Shown in pieces: positions 52,239-62,244 of a stretch of 64,000 nucleotides of DNA. Below the pieces are notes generated by a model. The model was given only the letters and a program-made list of their open reading frames with translations. It ran no database searches and had not been told where the DNA came from. Position 1 is the first letter of the stretch. Each line of letters starts with the position of its first letter. Source of the stretch: Azolla caroliniana (Eukaryota > Plantae > Polypodiophyta); assembly GCA_043228905.1 (NCBI GenBank), contig JBHGNT010000002.1:7688001-7752000 (forward strand), written 5' to 3'. A program made the translations under genes and the position numbers.

Positions 52239-53215
52239 ATGGCCGTAACTGGAGGAATGAAGAAAGAATACCGAAAAGTGGAGGATAAGTTACGGTCGGC
52301 ATCAATAATAAAAGAAGACGAAGAAATCGTGGGAATAGTCGAAGAAGTCTTCTATGGGAGCACACTACAACGGCTTGAAGAGCATGCGGAAGATACAAGC
52401 CAGGGAAACCGGGTAATTCAAGTGGAGTTGGTCGAGATGTACGAGATCATTGTGAAAATGGGGCCGGATGTGCTCCGCAAAGAAGAAGCAATGGTAAGTA
52501 CGAAATACAAGACCGTGGAGAAGAAAGTGAAACCGGTCGCGGGACCGTTACCCGCAGATAGCGAACAAAAGAAGAATGAAGTCTCGGGGGATCTAACACT
52601 TCGGAAGTCCATGGATATCGGACATGCCTTCAAGGATAAGACCCGGAAGAAACTTCGGATCGGTGGAGGTGGGTTCCTATTAAAGAATGAAGAAGAACGA
52701 TTCCGTGGGATGCTAGAGTGACGTGGGAGAGCATTGGCATTTACATCAAAAGAAATAGGATGCGCTGCCCCGAAGATAGTGGAGCCGATGGTGATCTTCA
52801 CTATTGACCATGTGCCGTGGAACCTAAAGCCGATTCCGGTGCCACGGGCGCATATTCCGAAAATCATCGACTTGCTCAAGGAGAAGGTGGCGATGGGGAT
52901 TCTAGAGCCATCAAATGCTCCATACTCAAATCAATGGTTTACGGTTCCGAAGAAGAATGGGTTACTTCGATTTATTCAAGATTTGCAACCAGTGAACAAG
53001 GTCATGATCCGGAACTCTGGAGTCAGTCCGATAGTGAACGAATTTGCGGAAGCATTTGCCGATCGCGCGATATACTCCATCGGAGACCTATACTCCGGAT
53101 ATGACCAATTCCAACTAGCTGTGAAGAGCCGAGACATCACTACCATTGGGACACCGATAGGATTAGTCCGGATGTGTACGCTACCACAAGGCGCGACGAA
53201 CTCAGTTGCACATAT
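52239..53215 (+). pseudogene. pol: Element F RT, 5' half
   Basis: PWNLKPIPVP, LRFIQDLQPVN, LPQGATNSVAH; cut by the TIR element. Confidence 0.9.
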
Positions 53216-53251
53216 AACACGTTCGCGTTCACAAGTGGAAGGATCGCGCAT
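53216..53251 (+). repeat. Left TIR
   Basis: aacacgttcgcgttcacaagtggaaggatcgcgcat. Confidence 0.95.
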
Positions 53252-53574
53252 AAATGGAAGGATAAGGGTAATTTTAGGGGTTTTTCAATGATTTTACAAA
53301 ACACATTGATACCAGTATCATACAAGTTCAAACATACTATGAAAAAGGTTAAAAATCCACTATTTTCGTGATTTAGAAGTAACTAAAAAAAGACGAATTT
53401 CAAAAACGTACATTTTCAATTTATATCACAAACTTTACAACCAATGTTATTTTATAAGAAACGATTTTTGGGAAATCATAAGAATTCAAAACACATGATT
53501 TTATATTACTCGATTTGTTACAAGCGGAATGTAGTTACACTTAATAGCCAAATATACATTCATGATAGAGTCCT

Positions 53575-56355
53575 TTACGGAGAATCACTACTATAACTAA
53601 TATACAATGACGATTCCTCCTCATCATCCTCGGATGTACCAATCAGTGCATTATCTTCGTCATAAACCAAATGGTTTGACTCTAGATTATATGTAGCAGA
53701 TCTCGTTTGCCTTTGACTCGAGCCACCTTGTAGACCTGGTAATTTTTCTTTTATTATATCTATTGTTGACTTCCTTAATCATCCGGCTTTTGTAAGTGTG
53801 AAGTCGTACACGATGATATCCACATCAGAGATATCAAGGGTCGAGGTGTTACGAATGTTTCGCTTCCTCTTCCTACCTCCCCTTCTTGTTTGGCATTCAA
53901 TCATCTCCAATGTATACTTACCTGTAAAAGCATTTGCACTTCTAGTGTTGTACCAATGAACATTTATAGACTTGATCGTGTTTTCTATTTCATGCATTAG
54001 CACTTCTAGAATTTTACCAACCCAAAATTGGTGGCCATGTGAGTTCTCATCAGCCGGCGTTGCAATCAACATCCCCGCGGTGAGCTCTTGCAAATTTCCT
54101 TGCCATCTAGCTTCGGTTGCTTTGGTCATCCTTGGTCCCACATAAATGTCTCTTTGTTGTGGATGGACCAAGCTGTCATTAATCGCATTTACTAGTCGCT
54201 CCGGACTTCTATTTACGCGATCATGTTGCAGCGACCATGTGAATGGCGTTTCCAAATTCCAATTATCAACAGATACAAAATTGTCTATAATTTCATTCTG
54301 ATCACTATAAAATACATCCCACCATGACGTGTCTTGTTGTGCGGCATATTTCTTGGCGGCCTCAATATGCTTTCTTTTTTCTTCTAAGGCTTGGAGCCAT
54401 GACCGTTTTTGTTCTGATACCAAGTCGCTCTGCAACTGTCCTTTCTTCTCAATTGGCATTTGCTTAGCTCCATGGACAATTGTACTCGGCATACAAAGTA
54501 AAAACTGGCAACCACCTTCAGGTTCCCATGTTGTAGAAGATGAATATTGTTTAGCATACAAAAGTGTAGAACCACTTATTCCATTTTTCTTTATCAAAAA
54601 AATGTGATTGAAACTTATATTGTTTAACTGAGCAAGCACTTTAACATTCCCACCACCCCCATCTAATATATATCTCTTAAAGTCATATACCTCCTTCAAG
54701 TGTAACACTTTTGGGCGTGGTGTATATGCATCACAAATGACATCAAATAGTTTAGGTAAAGTGAAAGCATCATGCCGAGACAACTGTCTGGAGAATGTGC
54801 TAAACATCTGATCTATATGGTCATGTGTGTGGCCAACCAAAAGGAAATTGACTTTCACTTTCCTAAACAATTCTAGGTTGACCAACATACTTAGATAGCC
54901 AAATACAGTTGAATTTTTGTTCTCTCTAGCAGTATTGTCCAATTGAATGTATAGAACAGGGGGGAAAGGTTGTCCCCAAGACATCAAAACTCGGTGAATC
55001 ACTGTAACTGTTAGGTTAGGGTCATTGTGAACATTGGGGTAAGTAATGACGACGTGAGGTCGAACAGACCTATTATAAGCCAAGCATCCCACCAAGTGCA
55101 TTTGAACAAGGCACTCATCATTGACATCTTTGGGGAGCCTCCGCATATGCGGCAAGCATGTCTTCTTCTGGTCCATGCCATCTATCATTAAGCACATGTA
55201 TTGTTCAGGCCTCTTCAAACACTTCTCTCTATGATGCATCGCCTTCCTTCGTTCTAAGGATTGTGCCTCACGATGCTCTTGTAGTAACTTCTTACTCGTA
55301 TCCTTTTCCATTGATGTCTTTGCACCTTTAGCCAAACTTTTAAGATTTGCACAAATGGAGCAATACCCCATACGTACTTTACGAGGAATAATAACATTTG
55401 AAAACCGAGCTCTCCATAATCTTGTGAATTGGCTATAGGTGATAGACTTATTACGTGAGCCCAGCATTTCAGATCGATAGACATCATAAACTTCCCAACG
55501 GGTATAATTATCAGAAAGATGCATCCTACCTATAGTGGGCATTACTTCACAATTTAACTGAAAGTAACTTTTCATCCAACCAATACCATGTCTTCCAATT
55601 GCACCTTTCATACTTGGAACCTCTTTACAATTGAGCATCTGATCCCCGCTAAGTAGACGTTGTTGTACTCTATGTAGCCGCATGTTACTAACACATAACA
55701 CAATTTTGAATGCAACTCTACATATCTGTTGCGCATGGAAGATATAATACTCGAATGATACTTTGATCCCCGTACATTTGTCAGATACTAGTTGCATATG
55801 TGATCCGAGGTAAGTGTCTTGCTCATCACCGGTCATCGAAAAATAGTATCGCCTTAATTCTCGCAACTTTGATTTTCCAATCATAGACATACAACCACGG
55901 GCACAACATATTTTGTTGACATCAAATCCAATCTGTTTATCTGATGACACCAAGCTAAATCTAGCTAGACGAATTCTTCGTGGGATTCTTCTAATATGCA
56001 TAGGGCTCCCAGATTTCTCTTCCTGCATAGAGGTTGGTGTAACCTTGTTACAGTCTAATTCTCTGTTCTGACCATCGCCAATGTTATTCAATGTTTCCTG
56101 GGCACTTCCTTCATTCTCGGTATCTTTATTAATATCGTATTCTTCAATAGAGAACTCTTCACATGTGTCATTATTTACATTCCCTGTACATGAGCTCAGA
56201 CAATATTCTTCGATAGAATATGGTGAGTCGGTCGAAAGACAATATTCTTCAATCGAATATGGTGACTCTGTTGACAAACAATACTCTTCTGTAGAAAACG
56301 ATGGGTCTGATGACAAACAATATTCTTCAATCGAGAACGGTGAATCTTCACTCAT
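53575..56355 (-). CDS. Sola-like DDD transposase (858-aa ORF; about 926 aa if the TGA at 53779-53781 is read as Arg)
   Basis: CC..GC, ICRVAF, CSIC, MIDGMDQ, QLDNTARENKN, FLLVGHTHDHIDQMFS. The frame continues past the TGA as LRKSTIDIIKEKLP, matching the paralogue AGRLRKSTID at 4844-5239. Confidence 0.85.
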
Positions 56356-57026
56356 GGCTTAAGGTCTAGATAGGGCTCTCTAAGTTATACTCCTCTCTAA
56401 ACATATACTCCTCCCTAAACATAAACTTCTCTCTAAACAAAAGCCAAATCAATAGAATGTCTATATTATGTAATATTCTATTAATACAATACATCTAAAA
56501 ATTATTTTTAATAAAGTAATTTTACTTAAATTATCAATCATTATATAAACTAGATCTAAATGATGTTAAATCAAGTAAAATATAAAACTAATCATTAACA
56601 AGCCTTGAATATGTTGGATTAATGTTAAAATCATTGGCTAATTAATGGCACCCATTTTGATATAGAACGTCTCACGCATTGGTTCTTTAATGCTCACCAT
56701 TTTAAATATTAGACTTATCAATCATTGGTTAATTCATGCCCACATCTTTAATACATAACATTTGAGAGTCATAAAAATTGTTGCTTTTAGTAATCAATCA
56801 TTGGTACATTCATGAACCTCTATCATTGTCTCCTTCATAACCTTTGAAGTCATTGTAGGTTGTTATGACTATAAAAGATTGATCAATATGTTAGTTTGAC
56901 TTTGTAATCATTAATACAATCATAAGTTACTCTAGTTAATGTGACTATGGTTACCAACTAACTATCCTCAAAGTTACCAACATTGGTTAAGGTGACTATG
57001 GTTACTTTAACCATGTGTTCAATCCC

Positions 57027-57033
57027 TATAAAT
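57027..57033 (+). promoter_or_regulatory. TATA box of the cargo gene
   Basis: ctataaatag about 150 nt upstream of the ATG at 57178; several ATTGG (CCAAT) boxes upstream. Confidence 0.55.
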
Positions 57034-57060
57034 AGGAAGACCTCATCATATTTCACTCAC

Positions 57061-57139
57061 CAGAGCGTACAGAGCGTACAAAGCACACAGAACGTAGAGA
57101 GCACACAGAGCACACAAAGCACTCAGAGCACAAAGCACG
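57061..57139 (+). repeat. 9-bp tandem repeat in the putative 5' UTR
   Basis: cagagcgta / cagagcaca-like units, about 8-9 copies. Confidence 0.75.
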
Positions 57140-57177
57140 AAAGCGCGATCTCCGCCTCCACTTCAACACGATCAACC

Positions 57178-60100
57178 ATGTCTTCAAAGAGAATCGAGCG
57201 CGAGGACTCCAGGTAGGCCTCTGACACTGTGGACATTTTTGTAAATATGTTTCGTTTCTCAAGAACTCGATACGGCGTATCGAGTTCATGTATACAATAC
57301 AAATATTTATACACGAACTCGATACGCCGTATCAAGTTCCTGTTTAAAGTGTTGGTTTTAAACACGAACTCGATACGCCGTATCGAGTTTCTGTTTAAAA
57401 CCTACACTATAAATAGGAACTCGATACGGCGTATCGAGTTCCTTTTTAAAATTCAAACTTTAAACACGAACTCGATATGGCGTATCGAGTTCGTGTTTAA
57501 AGTGTAGGTTTTAAACACGAACTCGATACGGCGTATCGAGTCCCTGTATATAAGAAGGCTTTGAGAGAGAAAAATCGTTTATGGGGTGGAAATGATATCA
57601 AATTGTCTGGCAAAATCGGTTTTTTTTATGTTGACTTTACTTACTTTTAAAGAAATACATGCTCTAATTATAGGTGTTTTATGACCTACTTTAGCTTAAA
57701 ATAGTAGAAAATGATCTACAAATTGCCTTTACTATGGCAAATTCTCCTCAATATAGGTTTAGAATCTATATAAGTCATACCTACTATTTAAAAGAATATA
57801 TAACCCGTTTTACTTATTACGATATATATTTTCTAGGTTGAATAGCCCTGCCTATAATAGATTTTTGAATATGTTACTGCTCCTGGAAACTGTTCTTCAT
57901 TATAATATACAACTTCAATCTACGTGACTGTCTAACTTATGTTTTTGCATATACTTTCTTAAATAGGTCATTTGAGAACCTGTCGGACCGACCCGTGAAG
58001 AAAATTAAGCTTCGCATACAAGGTTCTCCAATCGAAGCCCAGACCAAGGTAGCTCCTGAGACCATGAAGAGAGGAAAAAAGCTTCTCTTTAACGAAGAGA
58101 CAAAATCTCAGCCACATAGTGATATTAGCCAAAAGAAACTTGTCGCCGCTACTGGAGGCGAAGACCTTCCTGACCGAGATCTAACGGACAAGGAATGGTG
58201 TATGCAATATGTCGACTCAAAGAAAAAAGTCGTATTGTATACAGCAAAGAAGAAGGGTGAGGGGCAGCTTGGAAAAGAAACCCCATTTATGTATGGCCGT
58301 ATTCTACGATTTGACTACGAAGATGCAGATTCGGCCAGCATACTGGTAATGATAGAGTGCTCCAAGGGGGTACGTAAAGTGTTCCTTTCAGAAGACCTTT
58401 TAGTAAAGGAATCTTGTGGGCCTGAAGTATTCAAAAAAGCACTTGATAACTCACAAAACCTGATTGTTACCTTGAGGCCTTATATACAAGGCCATGTAAC
58501 TCTAAGAGATGAAGAGCCCTCCCCCTTGAAGGCCACAAAAAAGGTATCCAAAGTCCAGTCAAGACCAGCCAAGAAGAAGACAATGAAAATGTCGGATACG
58601 GATTCAACAAGTGAAAATGAAGAAGAGGATAATAAGGGGACGCCAGGAGCCGAGCTGGCCTCGGGTGTTTTGTCATCCGAGCAGAATAAAATAAGGAGAG
58701 AGTTAATGCAACGGAAGCTGGTCAGGAAAGGGCAAGTATTTAATTTGCCTATAACACACATCCATCGGCCCCCTATTGATGAAAAAACAGGTCGAAGACC
58801 ACTTGAGATTAGAGAGCCTCACCGCATGCATGTTCAAAATCTCAAGAAAAAAATGAAAATTAATCCTCATGCCACTGTGGTGCCTTTTATTGTTATGGTA
58901 GATCCTGAAGAATGTGAAACCATTGAAGATTTTGATATTAGAAAGCATGATCAATATAATTATTTTGTCATTGGTGGATCGCATTCAGTAGAGGCACGTC
59001 GGCAACTTGTGAGAGAACATCCAACCACTTTCTTCTTCAAGTATGCCGAGTGCAAAATTTATGTTGGGCTCACAACCGAAGAGGCTAAGCTATTGGCATG
59101 GGATCATAATAATGATAATGACTATAGGCAGAAAATGTCGTCTATTGAGCGTATACGGTTCTTCCACCACGAGTATTTAGATGTGAAACAAAAGTTTGGT
59201 GTGAAGTTACATCCAGGCCTTCGACGTCAATGTCTGCATGAAGTCGGCATTGTGGTAGATGATAATGTTAGGTCCGATGGTCTTCGAAAGTATGAGTCTT
59301 GGTTTCAATTGGCGTTTAGAGATGGAGAAGTATGGGACCTCCAAGATCAAATCTTCTCAATGTGGGAGAATAAGGAGGTAAAGGGTCAACGACAAAAGAA
59401 ATGTAGGGTTGACCCTCAACTAGAATTAAAGTCACAAGCCGCCAAGAAAATTGACTTGACAATTGAAGAAGCGGTAGACGACATGAAGCTGTCTCTATGG
59501 AGAGCGATGCAAGGTATTAAGGACGAGCAGCTTCTTGTGTCGGTTTTGTCAAGGGTTGTGGCGAAAGAATTAAGCCTTGAAGAAATGGTCACTGAGTTCA
59601 ATAAGTAAGTCTTTCAAATACTGAAATTGTAGTCTATCTGGTGTAATTCAAAGTTCTAATCTTGATTTCTAATTTTATAGTCATAAGGTGTACATGAAGA
59701 TCCAAGAAGTTATGATGAAACAACTTGGATGTATAACTTGGGAACAAGTGACCGAGGATTATCCTCTAACGTCTTCGTATAAGGCGTTATCAGAGTATTT
59801 TATTGCATTCAAGGATTGGGTTAGTATTCATGTTTTTTCATTACCCTTTCATCATATGTAGAGCTTGTATAATAATACCTGATGTCCTATTGCTTCTATT
59901 AGAAACCGTGTCGAGGCAAGAAACAAGGAGAAGTTAAGGATATACACGATTTCCCTACATCCTTCCTTGCACATCTCGAGCGAGCCAGAAAAGAAAAGGA
60001 TCGTCGCTTAGTCAAGGCGTACGAAATGGAGGAAGATGGCTCGTTTAAAAAATTTAGCCACAAAAAAGATATTACGAGAGATCTTTACTACAATGTGGTT

Positions 60101-61192
60101 TGCGGTGATGTCATCGACTTGATCCAGAAGGTGCCAAAGAAGGAATATACGCTAATGATTGCGGATATTCCTTACGGATTTCGAATGGCTGGGTCATCAT
60201 ACGACGATGAACCGTTTAGGTTTAAACAATTGGAGAAGATGGTCAAGGATTTCGCTGAGCTAACGACCGTATCCTTGTGGCGAATAGTTGTCTTTCATAG
60301 TATGGACCAAGGGTACTCGGTAGCTCAAGCTTTGAGATCTCGTTGCCATGGCATCGAGAACCTTGCATGGTAAGGATTATTTATAGGTGTCTTTCATTAT
60401 ATTGCAATTCTTAAGGTTGTTGAATCTATTCTTAACTCGATGAATTATTTTTTATAGGATCAAGACCAATGTAAATAGAGGGCCAACTTTTAGGTTCGTT
60501 AATGCCATTGAATACATAACGGTTGGCTACTTCGATGAAATTAAAAAACAGAGAATCAAAAAGCATTCTAATGAAGTGGGAGGTTCAAATCTGTTGGTAT
60601 ATCCAGCAGTGACTCGGAAATTGCGACATGTCACCACGACAGAACGGGGACTTGTCAACCCATAATAAAAACCTCAACGACTTATGATGCGCTTGATCGA
60701 GATGTTTTCTATCGAAGGAGACTGGATATTAGATCTCTTTTCTGGCACAGGTATTCCTCGAACTACGGTAACGATCTTGAGATAACCAATCACTTTTTTT
60801 TCGTTTGACAACTAAATCTTCTTGTTACTTACATCATAGGAACTACGTCAGCATGTGCATTGAAGCTGTTTAGAAATACAGTTGCATTGGAGAAGGACGA
60901 GGACGAAGTTATATTTATTAATATGCGGATTAAGGCTTTGTGGGAGTGCCCAGACCAGGATGAGGAGGTCGGTGCAAAGAACCTCGCCAATACAGAAAGG
61001 TTTCAACCTGGTTCGCGAGAGCCTATTCCTCCGTTAGCCGGCGAACCGGGGGAGCTAATAGAGCTTGATGATGAGCTTATAGAAGATATTTCGTTGGCTC
61101 GGCTAACAGGGGAAACCAATGCACGTATAGCCGAAGACAGTTCTACACAAGATGATGAAGAAAATGACGTTGATGAATTGATTGCTATGTAA
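57178..61192 (+). CDS. Spliced ParB-like domain plus beta-class N4C/N6A DNA methyltransferase fusion. Exons 57178-57212, 57967-59604, 59681-59819, 59903-60369, 60458-60750, 60840-61192. Two in-frame stops at 60663-60668.
   Basis: Five GT-AG introns join in frame (2925 nt, 975 codons). Motifs in beta order: GDVIDLIQKVP..YTLMIADIPYG, AWIK, EYITV, NP**KPQRLMMRLIEMFSIEGDWILDLFSGTGTTSACALKLFRNTVALEKD. Upstream VPFIV...YFVIGGSHSVEARRQL...EAKLLAWDHN is ParB-like. Confidence 0.85.
57263..57543. repeat. Array of six 25-bp palindromes (GAACTCGATACG-S-CGTATCGAGTTC), period 51-52 bp, in intron 1
   Basis: Copies start at 57263, 57315, 57366, 57417, 57468 and 57519. Confidence 0.95.
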
Positions 61193-62204
61193 TAGACTCT
61201 ATAAAGAATATGACACTGACGATTTGTTAAGATTTCACATTATTAATACAAATTTTGGGTTTTACCTAGTGGATTCTACTCTTTATAATCTTCTATATGT
61301 TTCAATTTTTTTTTTATATACTTGATTAGTAGATTTATGATATTGGTTTCACCGTGTGCATAGCTGACTACCAAACTTATGGAGAAACATGAACTAGCTT
61401 AAATGGAGGCTGATTTTGGTCCAAGCTAACCTTAACAGAACATGGCCCTATAATTGTTGCCATGACTGTCCATGTTGTTATTATGGATCTTTGTCTTATA
61501 TTGTTAAAACTATTATGTTTCTATTCCATTGCTGCTTAGATTGTGTAGTGTGTTGATAATGGTTCCAGTTGCGTTATCGTTCGGAGTTTGATCTTGTGTG
61601 AATCACCTAAGCAATAGAGTAGATCAATTTTAAATACAGGTATGAAAGCCTAATAGGTTTGTTATTTCCACGACATTATCCTAAAGTTCACTGCCTTACA
61701 TTGTGCACAATTATATACACATATGGTTTGATCCCATATGAACAAACTGAGGAATAGATTAGATCAACTTTTAATACAAGTATTGAATACTTTAATAAGT
61801 TAGTTATTCCAATCACTTATCCTAATGTGCACTATCCTACATTTTCCACAATTACATACATGCACGTATGGGTCAAAGTATAAATTATATCTCATTTTAT
61901 TAGTATGGATACAAGTACACCTCATATTTTTGTAAAACCTACCTAATTAATATAAGTCTTTAAGTTAGTGTTTCCCTTGTCGCACAATAGTGCCATATTG
62001 AGCCATAGTTGAACTTTATTATGCCTACATTAACTTATCAACATGTCTAAACTTGCATGATTTCTAATGATCTCCACTCGTAGATCTATCATGTATTTTT
62101 ATATTTGCAAATTCTTATCAAGTTGAGGAACATGTGATACTAGTGCATCCAATTATTGTAGAGAGGGTGTATTTGCTTCGTTTTAAGAAGATTCTACAAG
62201 TGGA

Positions 62205-62240
62205 ATGCGCAATCCTTCCACTTGTGAACGCGAACGTGTT
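62205..62240 (-). repeat. Right TIR
   Basis: atgcgcaatccttccacttgtgaacgcgaacgtgtt. Confidence 0.95.
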
Positions 62241-62244
62241 ATAT

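Larger units (their letters stand above)
53216..62240. mobile_element. Complete TIR DNA transposon (Sola-like, probably Sola1), 9,025 bp, carrying a methyltransferase gene
   Basis: 36-bp TIRs with 1 mismatch; ATAT duplicated at 53212-53215 and 62241-62244. Removing the element restores the gypsy RT frame SVAH-MMNAMNKVL. Confidence 0.93.

Noticed and set aside
53212-53216. TA target duplication (Tc1/mariner type)
   Set aside because: The junction is formally compatible with a TA TSD and 1-bp longer TIRs. The transposase is not Tc1/mariner-like, and the paralogous TIR at 4492 starts with AACA after a G, so a 4-bp ATAT TSD is preferred.
57263-57543. CRISPR array
   Set aside because: Repeat and spacer sizes look CRISPR-like, but the spacers are variants or inversions of one another, there are no cas genes, and the array lies in a spliceosomal intron.
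57995-59608. Stand-alone 537-aa protein from the ORF track
   Set aside because: The GTG start and TAA stop sit next to splice sites; this is exon 2 of the larger gene.
57178-61192. Bacterial contamination, or a C5 cytosine methyltransferase
   Set aside because: It has five GT-AG introns and sits in a TE nest. It lacks the PC and ENV motifs of C5 MTases and has the amino-MTase motifs.
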